This document shows positions 55,822 to 64,000 of a DNA stretch of 64,000 nt, in pieces. Below the pieces are notes generated by a model that was not told the origin of the DNA, did no database searches, and worked only from the letters and a program-made list of their open reading frames with translations. Position 1 is the first letter of the stretch. Every line of letters starts with the position of its first letter. The DNA is from Epithemia pelagica (lineage: Eukaryota; Protista; Bacillariophyta), in assembly GCA_946965045.2 (NCBI GenBank), contig OX337229.1, positions 3,224,001 to 3,288,000 on the forward strand, given 5' to 3'. The position numbers and the translations under genes are program-made.

Positions 55822-56844
55822 ATGAGTTCTACGGCGCTGAGTAGCGCTGCCGCGTCGAGGCAAGAAGAGGAATCGTTGCACAAGCGGAAATACGATGGCG
55901 GAGCGGAGGGATCATCGTCGAGCAAGTTACTGAAACCGGATCTGGGAGGACCGGCGGTGGACGACTTGCGGTCGAAACCGTTGCCATCCAAGGCCAATAG
56001 TAGAGCACGAGAAATTCGATTGGAACAAAACAGGAAAGCTGCACGAGAGTCACGAAGGAGGAAGAAAGTAATGATTGAAGAGCTGCAACGCAGTGTCATC
56101 TTTTTCTCGCGTGCGAATGGAACGCTCAAGCAACAGAACGATGAATTGACTCGCTTCTTGATGCAAGCCCAAATGCAGATTGCGGCAATTGAGAGTCACA
56201 AGAAGACTTCCCCCACCACCACCACCACGACACCTTCGACTTCCACGGCGACCACCACCCCTGCTCCTGTGGAAGAAGAGAAACAGCACCAAACTGCGGA
56301 AGCCGAAGCGCACACCGTAGCCACACAAGCCATTTACGCGAAGAAGGGATATCCTGCTGCTGCCGCTCGAGCTGCAGCGCAGGCGATTACTGGAAGCGCC
56401 GCGCAGACGATTTCTGGAAGCTCCAAGATAGTTCGGGAAGAAGCGCCTGTTGCGTCCAAAGAAGCGACCCAGGTGTCCCAAGCTCCATCGACTCTTTCTC
56501 AAATGCAGCCCGGTGCCACCATGCAGGCAATGGCCAACTTCCAGCAAGCCGCCGCTGCTGCAATGCAGTCGGCCATGGGACAAATGCAAAATGTACCAGG
56601 TGTCAGTCTTAGTCAGCTCGCTGCTGCTCCGGCAGGAACCAACGCCCAACAGGCTTACACAGATACAATGACCGCGCTTGCTATGCAACAGGCAGCGGCC
56701 GCAGCCGCTGCTGGCATGATACAACCTGGCATGCAGTTTTTGCGACCATTATTGCCGCACTGGCAGCAACAACAACAACAACAGGCCTCTACGGAAGATG
56801 CCAAGAAGGAGGCGTCTGGAGAACCTGTGAAGAGTGATAACTAG
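55822..56844 (+). CDS. bZIP transcription factor
   Basis: Basic region REIRLEQNRKAARESRRRKK, then heptad repeat IEELQRSV..LKQQNDEL; Q/A-rich tail. Confidence 0.9.
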   Translation: MSSTALSSAAASRQEEESLHKRKYDGGAEGSSSSKLLKPDLGGPAVDDLRSKPLPSKANSRAREIRLEQNRKAARESRRRKKVMIEELQRSVIFFSRANGTLKQQNDELTRFLMQAQMQIAAIESHKKTSPTTTTTTPSTSTATTTPAPVEEEKQHQTAEAEAHTVATQAIYAKKGYPAAAARAAAQAITGSAAQTISGSSKIVREEAPVASKEATQVSQAPSTLSQMQPGATMQAMANFQQAAAAAMQSAMGQMQNVPGVSLSQLAAAPAGTNAQQAYTDTMTALAMQQAAAAAAAGMIQPGMQFLRPLLPHWQQQQQQQASTEDAKKEASGEPVKSDN

Positions 56845-57251
56845 TTCAGAGAAGGTCTCGGGATAAGACCGTTCTTAGGTGGCTACATAGATTTACATAA
56901 TATGCGTTGGCACAGCAGCTGAAATGAAGTAACATCGTTAGTTTGTCTTCTTTCAACTTTAGAGCAAGGCGTGATTGCATCATGAGTGCCAATACAAAGT
57001 GGCTACTCCTCTAGCTAGAGAAGCGTCTTGACATTTACAGGGCAAATACACACGGGTAGAGGGTAGATGGTTAGATCATAGCGAGTTCGTGAGTGGTTGA
57101 GTCCCTCGTGCTGTCACATCGCACTTCTTTGAGACGCAGACACGAGACGCGAGCCCATGAGATCTGGGTAATCGTTCATCGGGGAAGAAGAGAAGAGCAC
57201 ACACAAGAAGGGTTCCTCTCAAAAGCCCGAGAAAGGATTGCAGTCAATAGA

Positions 57252-60200
57252 ATGTCGCTGGATGAGAACTTGAAATTCGAAGCATCACCGGTGCTGCAGT
57301 CGTCCGGGACCAACCCTCTGGCGTCCACGGTGCCTTCCAGAAGTGGGTTGCAATGGATCGCCGTTCCGATTGACTGTGTGGGACTCTTTTATCGCATTGA
57401 AGGAGGATCCAAACTCCAATGCATTCGAGCAACAAATGGAGGCAGCACGGAGGTTCTGTACAGCATTGCAGTTCCAGTGCCTGTCGTACACCTTTCGACT
57501 TGCGACGATGGTCGGTTGGTCTGTCTGGCTTGTTCCGATGGATCCTTGCACTGTTACAATGCCACGAGGGACTCATTTTCCCAACGATGGGCGATTTTGA
57601 ACGCCCATAGTCATGTGGTCTCCAATCTCAATGACTCCCCCGACCGTTCACGAGACTGGGCAGCCAGTGCGGCTGGACCAGTTCGATCGTTACACTTTGC
57701 ACCGCGGTCTTACACCCTCCTTTTGGCCGATGCTGGTCGTCAAACCTTGACCTTTGTGCAAGCCGACTGCAATTCCCAACCGTCCCCTCAGGTTGTCGAC
57801 GCGTCGTCGTCGTATCCAGTCACGTGCGCTGCGTGGGTACCCAACAACCAGAATAATAGTGAGTCTCCTTTGGTGGCCGTGGGAAAGACCGATGGAACAA
57901 TTGAAATTTGTCTCTTTACGGCAAATGCTGATAATCTTTTAGTACGAAAGACCCAGCTGGATGCTCCGGTGGAGGAGGAGGATGAAGAGCAGGGACCGTG
58001 GGTTTGTACTCATCTTGAGTGGCTTCGAGGAGAGACACTTGCAGCTGGGTACGCTCGAGTAAACCCCAACGAAGACGAAGATGAGGAGGAGGAGGATGCA
58101 GACGACGAGGAAGAAAATGATGACGCTGAGCATGAAGCGTCCTTTTATATAATTACACTTTCGTCGGACTACGCCGAAACAAGTCGAACATCTCTGGGAG
58201 ATGTGGTGGCCTTTTTTTCTGTGCCACGAAACGGACGACACGTGTTTTACTCTGGTTGTACACCCACAAAAGAGGGAACACCCCTGCTTCTTGTCGCTAG
58301 CAATGTTTCGTCGGATGTAGCTGTAATTGCGCATGAAGATGAGGAATTTGGAATCATTGATATCCCAGAAGGTGACAATGCCGCAGCCCCCACCGACGCA
58401 GACGATGAGTTCACCTTCCCTGTTGGCATTGGGGTTGTTGGATCGGTGGACGGACCACTGTTGGTCCTCAGTGCCACCGATGGCTCCTTGTCCATATGGA
58501 GACTCGGTGTGAAGGGGAACGAGGACTTCTTTGCACTTCCCACAGAATCATTGACTGAGTTGTCCGTTGACCCAGTAGAGACATCGGCACCAGACAAAAT
58601 TCCGCTTGTCTCGGAAACGGAATCCACTCCACCTGACACGGGTGTAGAACAATCTACTCCGACTGTCAACCCACCAGCTTTTGGTGCCTCTACGTCAGTG
58701 GCGTTTGGTTCCGGAACAAAGGCGCCCTCCTTCTCGTTTGGATCGCCGTCCTTCTCGTTTGGGTCGTCGTTTGGAACAGGTTCGACCTCCACAGAATCCA
58801 ACGCCCCCGTCTTTGGTGGGACGTCATCCTTGGGCGCTTCCTCGAAGCCCGTCTTTGGCGTCACGTCGATGTTAGGAAGTGGTAAAACAGCACCAACGGA
58901 ATCGTCCGGTGGGTCGTCTCCCGACGGAAAGCCTGCCTCTACATCCATCTTTGGGTCTGGCTCCAAGGGACCCGTCTTTGGAGCGAACACCTCGATGGGT
59001 TCGGGCGGCTTTGGAAATCTTGCCAATGCTTCTTCGGATGGAAAACCAAGTGAGGCCACGACCTCCATCTTTGGGGCAGGCACAAAGGCACCTATATTTG
59101 GCTCTGGATCTTCTCCAGCGTTGGGGTTTGGAAGTCTTGCCTCTACCAATGCGTCGTCCCCCGGCAAACCCACTGAGGCCACGACATCTATCTTTGGGTC
59201 TGGCTCCAAGACACCCATCTTTGGGGATGCATCAGCCTCCTCTTCTGGTTTTGGAGGCCTATCCTCGTCTTCGCCATTCAATGCATTCAGTGGGTCGTCG
59301 CCCAGCAAAGTTTCCGCAGCCGCAAGCTTTGCCAAGCCTTTGTTTGGTACCCCTTCTGCAGCCAACGAGAATCCCTCGACAACAAAGCAAGTTCCTACAA
59401 GGAACGATAGAGAGGTTGATGCACAAGGTCAACCGAGCGACCCAAACCCCAATGCAGAAAAGGCTGTCATGGCTTTTGACCTGGCCGATCCGCAAAAGGA
59501 AGGCAAGCTACCCGTTTCCAAATTGGCAGACATATTGGACGACCTTGGAGAAGGGTTTCATGGAGAAGAGCTGGATGCCCTGGTCGCCCTCATTGATGAA
59601 AAGAAAACGGGCAGTCTCGATCGTAAAGCTTTCATTGATTGGTATGTCATGCTTTCTGGTGACACAGAGCCTCGAGTAACAAAAGGCGGTGACATTGACC
59701 TTCATTCGGAAGAAGAGGAAGAATGGAAAGAACAAATGGAATTAGTGAAAACTTTGTTTGGCGAGCTTGGACATGCAGGAGCAACAAATCTAGTGGAAAC
59801 AAAGTTTCCGGAACTTGTCAATGGTTTGGGATCAACCTACTGTGAAGATGGAGAACATGGTCGGGCAAAAACACGGCTTGCCGAGAATGGTGTCATTTCA
59901 TTAGCTAAGTTTCTGGAATGGTACAAACGCTATCTCTTTGGGGATGATGAAGAGCACTATGATGAAGCAGAAGAAGACAAACCATTGTCACCGACAGGTA
60001 CATCACCCACCCAAAACTTGAGTCCGGAGAGGCAAAAAGCTTCTCGTGTCTTCGAACTATTTGTTGAGGGTGATATTCGGAAAATCCCCGTTACGAAACT
60101 ATCAGATATTCTGGACGAATTGGGAGAAGGGTTTTACGGCGAAGAACTCGACAAACAAATAGCACTTATGGATCCAAACCAAACTGGATTTCTTGAAAAA

Positions 60201-63200
60201 GAAGCCTTTGTCAATTGGTATGTTGAACTTTCAGAGAAGGCAGGACGATCGCGGGATGGTAACGAGCTCGAACTCGACTCTGAAGAAGAGGACGAATGGA
60301 ATGAACAGGTGGAGTTGGTCCAGACTGTTTTCAAAGAAATGGGGGAGAAAGGAGGATTACTGCTTGGAGAAGACAAGTTTCCCGAATTAGTGGAAAGTCT
60401 AGGATCAACTTATTGTGAAGATGGAGATCATGGTCGAGCGAAGAAGAAGTTGACAAAGAATGGAATGATATCGTACGCAGGGTTCCTGGAGTGGTACAAG
60501 AACTATCTTTTTGGTGACGACGAAGAGTCTTATGCGGAGGAGGAACAGGAAGAAGAAGAAGAGAAACCGTCGTCACTACCAGAAGGAAAGGCTCGTCCGA
60601 TTGCAAACTGGGGTGATACATTTAAAACAGAGGAAGGCAGTTGGAAGTGTGAGGTATGTAGCGTGTTGAATAAGGCTTCCCAGTTGCAATGTGGAGCCTG
60701 TGAAGCGGCCAAACCTGGATGTGCACCACAGAAAGACGAAAAGGAGGATACGGGCAAAGGAGTGGGTTCGTCAATCGGTTCATCAGGTTTTACATTTGGG
60801 GCAGCTCCCTCCAAAAGTGCAGAGACGTCATCGATTGGATATTCTGGGTTCACGTTTGGAGGAACCGCCCCATCATTTGGTACTAATGCTTCGTCAACTG
60901 AGTCTTCAGTTGCATCGTCTGGATTTACCTTCGGGGGAACTGCAGAACCATTTGGTGTTAAGGATAATTCAAAGGGCGTATCGGTTGGATCTGCTGGATT
61001 CACATTCGGGGCAACCGCATCAAGTGGATATAATGCAGCTACTGATGACGGAAAGAATGACACTAGCCAGGCTCCATCCGCTGGGTCTTCTGGCTTCACC
61101 TTCGGTACAACTTCATCCGGCAAGTCAAGCAGAGATTCTGTTGAAAGTGACAAGAACACCGGTCCTTCGCCACTGGAGCCTGTGTTGGGAACAAAAGCAA
61201 TCACTGGGAAAGTAGATGATGGAACTGGAAGTGCTTTGACCCATAACCCAAGACCTGAGGGACAAAGAGCTACTCGTGTCTTTGAACTTTTTGTTAAGGG
61301 TGGTACTCGGAAAATCCCCGTTACGAAACTATCAGATATTCTGGACGAATTGGGAGAAGGGTTTCACGGCGGAGAACTCGACAAACAAATAGCACTTATG
61401 GATCCAAACCAAACTGGATTTCTTGAAAAAGAAGCCTTTGTCAATTGGTATGTTGAACTTTCAGAGAAGGCAGGACGATCGCGGGATGGTAACGAACTCG
61501 AACTCGACTCTGAAGAAGAGGACGAATGGAATGAACAGGTGGAGCTGGTCCAGACTGTTTTCAAAGAAATGGGGGAGAAAGGAGGATTATTGCTCGGAGA
61601 AGACAAGTTTCCTGAACTAGTGGAAAGTCTAGGATCAACTTATTGTGAAGAAGGAGATCATGGTCGAGCGAAGAAGAAGTTGACAAAGAATGGAATGATA
61701 TCGTACGAAGGGTTCCTGGAGTGGTACAAGAACTATCTTTTTGGTGACGACGAAGAGTCTTATACGGAGGAGGAACAGGAAGAAGAAGAAGAGAAACCGT
61801 CGTCACTACCAGAAGGAAAGGCTCGTCCGATTGCAAACTGGGGCGATACATTTAAAACAGAGGAAGGCAGTTGGAAGTGTGAGGTAGGTAGCGTGTTGAA
61901 TAAGGCTTCCCAGTTGCAATGTGGAGCCTGTGAAGCGGCCAAACCTGGATGTGCACCACAGAAAGACGAAAAGGAGGATACAGGCAAAGGAGTGGGTTCG
62001 TCAATCGGTTCATCAGGTTTTACATTTGGGGCAGCTCCTTCCAAAAGTGCAGAGACGTCATCGATTGGATCTTCTGGGTTCACGTTTGGAGGAACCGCCC
62101 CTTCATTTGGTACTAATGCTTCATCGGTTGGAGCATCTGGATTCACATTTGGTTCAAACGTACCAAGTATATCAAGTGGAGCTAAGGTGATTGGATCCTC
62201 TGGGTTCACTTTTGGCTCGTCTAATGTCTCGACTGTTGGCGCAGAATCATCATCGGGGTCCACTCCGGCTTCCGTAGCCACGAAAACATCATCGTCCTCG
62301 GCTTACCCCCCGACACCTTCAAAGGCCCCGACGGCTTTTGGTGCAGGGTGCACCACTGGTATTGGAGCTTCTGTTTCGTCGACCTCTCCCAAAGTATCCG
62401 CAACGACCGGGTATCCTCCGACTCCGTCAAAGGCACCTGCAAAGTTTGGAGCCGGATCTATTGCGACTGCTGTACCCATCAAAGTGTCTTCATCCTCAGC
62501 TTATCCCCCTATGCCTGCAAAGGCTCCGAAACCTTGCGCTACCGGATCCACTTCGGCTTCTGCAGCCACGAAAACATCATCGTCCTCGGCTTACCCCCCG
62601 ACACCTTCAAAGGCCCCGACAGTTTTTGGTGCAGGATCCACCACTGGTATTGGAGCCTCTGTTTTGTCGACCTCTCCCAAAGTATCCGCAACGACCGGGT
62701 ATCCTCCGACTCCGTCAAAGGCACCTACAAAGTTTGGAACCGGATCTACTGCGACTGCTGTACCCATCAAAGTGTCTTTATCCTCAGCTTATCCCCCTAT
62801 GCCTGCAAAGGCTCCGAAACCTTTCTCTACCGGATCCACTTCGGCTTCGGCAGCCACGAAAACATCATCTTCCTCGGCTTACCCCCCGACACCTTCAAAG
62901 GCCCCGACAGTTTTTGGTGCAGGATCCACCACTGGTATTGTAGCCTCTGTTTTGTCGACCTCTCCCAAAGTATCCGCAACGACCGGGTATCCTCCGACTC
63001 CGTCAAAGGCACCTACAAAGTTTGAAGCCGGATCCACTGCAACTACTGTGCCCATCAAAGTGTCTTCATCCTCAGCTTATCCCCCTATGCCTGCAAAGGC
63101 TCCGAAAGCTTTCGGTACGGGATCCACTGCGGATTCCGCGGCGACGAAATCATCGACATCTCCAGCTTATCCCCCCACACCGTCGAACGCGCCTTCGCCT

Positions 63201-64000
63201 TTCGGTGCAGGAGCAACAGCGAGTTCTTCGACTAAAGCATTTTCATCTTCAGCTTATCCTACCTCACCGTCAAAAGCTCTAACGGCTTCCAGTTTCAGTG
63301 GGGGATCCACTGGGGCTGCTGTATCCACAAAAATATCGTCGGCTTCAGCTTATCCACCCCTTCCGACGAAGGCCCCGACCTCTTTCGGTTGGGGATCGGC
63401 ATCAGGATCTACTCCCAGCGCTGTACCTGCGAAAACATCGTCGTCATCGGCTTCTGCTCCCACGAACACATCATCCTCAGTGTATCCCCCCGTACCGACA
63501 AAGTCACCGACACCCTTCGGAACTGGGTCGACTGCGGGTTTCTCATCCACCCAGACATCCTTATCTCCAGCATATCCGCCTGCACCGTTGAAGGCCCCGA
63601 CACCGTTCGGTTCAGGGAATAATGTCAGCGGAGCCACAACCATTAGAGAATCGTCTTCTGTAGGATATCCACCTGCGCCATCTCAGGCTCCGACGCCGTA
63701 CAGTATTCCGAAACCAGCATCTGGTTCGTCCCTCAAGCCCAATCAGTCTTCCGCTGGCTTAACGTCACCAACTCTCTCCAAGGGATACCCTCCTACTCCG
63801 TCAAAGGCTCCGTCGCCATTTGGGAAAGCGACAATCAGCAAGACATCGTCGTCTTCCGGATATCCACCTACTCCAGCAACAGCACCTACACCATTTAGCT
63901 CTACATCATCCAGTTCACATTTGAGCACAACGAGATCACAACGTGCTTCATCGCAGTTGAACTCTTCTCCATCGAGATCCAATGCATTGGGCGACAAAAC
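57252..64000 (+). CDS. Large FG-repeat nucleoporin-like protein (Nup214/Nup159-like N-terminus, EF-hand-like modules, RanBP2-type zinc fingers); 3' end outside window
   Basis: Hand-translated from ATG 57252 (MSLDENLKF) with no stop to 64000 (at least 2249 aa). WD-like N-terminus, SIFG/FTFG repeats, WKCEVC..N..QLQCGACEAAKP, YPPxPxKAP repeats. Absent from the ORF track because it has no stop codon. Confidence 0.8.
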   Translation, partial: MSLDENLKFEASPVLQSSGTNPLASTVPSRSGLQWIAVPIDCVGLFYRIEGGSKLQCIRATNGGSTEVLYSIAVPVPVVHLSTCDDGRLVCLACSDGSLHCYNATRDSFSQRWAILNAHSHVVSNLNDSPDRSRDWAASAAGPVRSLHFAPRSYTLLLADAGRQTLTFVQADCNSQPSPQVVDASSSYPVTCAAWVPNNQNNSESPLVAVGKTDGTIEICLFTANADNLLVRKTQLDAPVEEEDEEQGPWVCTHLEWLRGETLAAGYARVNPNEDEDEEEEDADDEEENDDAEHEASFYIITLSSDYAETSRTSLGDVVAFFSVPRNGRHVFYSGCTPTKEGTPLLLVASNVSSDVAVIAHEDEEFGIIDIPEGDNAAAPTDADDEFTFPVGIGVVGSVDGPLLVLSATDGSLSIWRLGVKGNEDFFALPTESLTELSVDPVETSAPDKIPLVSETESTPPDTGVEQSTPTVNPPAFGASTSVAFGSGTKAPSFSFGSPSFSFGSSFGTGSTSTESNAPVFGGTSSLGASSKPVFGVTSMLGSGKTAPTESSGGSSPDGKPASTSIFGSGSKGPVFGANTSMGSGGFGNLANASSDGKPSEATTSIFGAGTKAPIFGSGSSPALGFGSLASTNASSPGKPTEATTSIFGSGSKTPIFGDASASSSGFGGLSSSSPFNAFSGSSPSKVSAAASFAKPLFGTPSAANENPSTTKQVPTRNDREVDAQGQPSDPNPNAEKAVMAFDLADPQKEGKLPVSKLADILDDLGEGFHGEELDALVALIDEKKTGSLDRKAFIDWYVMLSGDTEPRVTKGGDIDLHSEEEEEWKEQMELVKTLFGELGHAGATNLVETKFPELVNGLGSTYCEDGEHGRAKTRLAENGVISLAKFLEWYKRYLFGDDEEHYDEAEEDKPLSPTGTSPTQNLSPERQKASRVFELFVEGDIRKIPVTKLSDILDELGEGFYGEELDKQIALMDPNQTGFLEKEAFVNWYVELSEKAGRSRDGNELELDSEEEDEWNEQVELVQTVFKEMGEKGGLLLGEDKFPELVESLGSTYCEDGDHGRAKKKLTKNGMISYAGFLEWYKNYLFGDDEESYAEEEQEEEEEKPSSLPEGKARPIANWGDTFKTEEGSWKCEVCSVLNKASQLQCGACEAAKPGCAPQKDEKEDTGKGVGSSIGSSGFTFGAAPSKSAETSSIGYSGFTFGGTAPSFGTNASSTESSVASSGFTFGGTAEPFGVKDNSKGVSVGSAGFTFGATASSGYNAATDDGKNDTSQAPSAGSSGFTFGTTSSGKSSRDSVESDKNTGPSPLEPVLGTKAITGKVDDGTGSALTHNPRPEGQRATRVFELFVKGGTRKIPVTKLSDILDELGEGFHGGELDKQIALMDPNQTGFLEKEAFVNWYVELSEKAGRSRDGNELELDSEEEDEWNEQVELVQTVFKEMGEKGGLLLGEDKFPELVESLGSTYCEEGDHGRAKKKLTKNGMISYEGFLEWYKNYLFGDDEESYTEEEQEEEEEKPSSLPEGKARPIANWGDTFKTEEGSWKCEVGSVLNKASQLQCGACEAAKPGCAPQKDEKEDTGKGVGSSIGSSGFTFGAAPSKSAETSSIGSSGFTFGGTAPSFGTNASSVGASGFTFGSNVPSISSGAKVIGSSGFTFGSSNVSTVGAESSSGSTPASVATKTSSSSAYPPTPSKAPTAFGAGCTTGIGASVSSTSPKVSATTGYPPTPSKAPAKFGAGSIATAVPIKVSSSSAYPPMPAKAPKPCATGSTSASAATKTSSSSAYPPTPSKAPTVFGAGSTTGIGASVLSTSPKVSATTGYPPTPSKAPTKFGTGSTATAVPIKVSLSSAYPPMPAKAPKPFSTGSTSASAATKTSSSSAYPPTPSKAPTVFGAGSTTGIVASVLSTSPKVSATTGYPPTPSKAPTKFEAGSTATTVPIKVSSSSAYPPMPAKAPKAFGTGSTADSAATKSSTSPAYPPTPSNAPSPFGAGATASSSTKAFSSSAYPTSPSKALTASSFSGGSTGAAVSTKISSASAYPPLPTKAPTSFGWGSASGSTPSAVPAKTSSSSASAPTNTSSSVYPPVPTKSPTPFGTGSTAGFSSTQTSLSPAYPPAPLKAPTPFGSGNNVSGATTIRESSSVGYPPAPSQAPTPYSIPKPASGSSLKPNQSSAGLTSPTLSKGYPPTPSKAPSPFGKATISKTSSSSGYPPTPATAPTPFSSTSSSSHLSTTRSQRASSQLNSSPSRSNALGDK
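60033..62125 (+). repeat. Intragenic direct duplication of ~863 bp (60033-60895 and 61263-62125, offset 1230 bp)
   Basis: Near-identical sequence at a constant in-frame offset; duplicate shadow ORFs in the ORF track are also 1230 bp apart. Confidence 0.95.
62256..63119 (+). repeat. Three tandem 288-bp (96-aa) coding repeats, each with three YPP(T/M)PxKAP subunits
   Basis: Units begin at 62256, 62544 and 62832; degenerate copies continue to about 63900. Confidence 0.95.

Noticed and set aside
57754-63997. Numerous listed ORFs over the last 6 kb (for example 58247-59365 minus, 60530-61204 minus, 62338-62943 plus)
   Set aside because: Shadows of the single long plus-strand frame starting at 57252.
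1-64000. tRNA, rRNA, CRISPR arrays and prokaryotic defence systems
   Set aside because: No cloverleaf, rRNA signature or repeat-spacer array seen; intron-containing genes show eukaryotic nuclear DNA.

Overview
Gene-dense eukaryotic nuclear DNA with short spliceosomal introns (mostly about 60-110 nt), most likely a pennate diatom. That assignment is inferred from bipartite plastid-targeting leaders and diatom-type repeat proteins. The window holds about 24 host genes: a TauE/SafE transporter, a TLDc protein, DPH5, a rhomboid protease, an ASCH protein, INTS7-like, RIC1, Rheb, NOT4, a DHX57-like helicase, APC7, HemA, COA7-like, LYAR, NAC-beta, ATP11, a bZIP factor, several hypothetical proteins, and a >2200-aa FG-nucleoporin-like gene that the ORF track omits because it runs off the window end. 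The main accessory feature is an apparently intact ~7.2-kb two-ORF non-LTR retrotransposon of CRE-like type (C2H2 fingers, RT, CCHC, restriction-like endonuclease). It appears to have inserted into the first codons of the ASCH gene and has a candidate HDV-like ribozyme just before ORF1. Two MITEs with near-perfect 41-46 bp TIRs lie upstream of genes. A 7-mer, AGGAGTA, often as a dyad, is strongly over-represented in intergenic DNA. All family assignments come from motif recognition by eye; no database searches were run.
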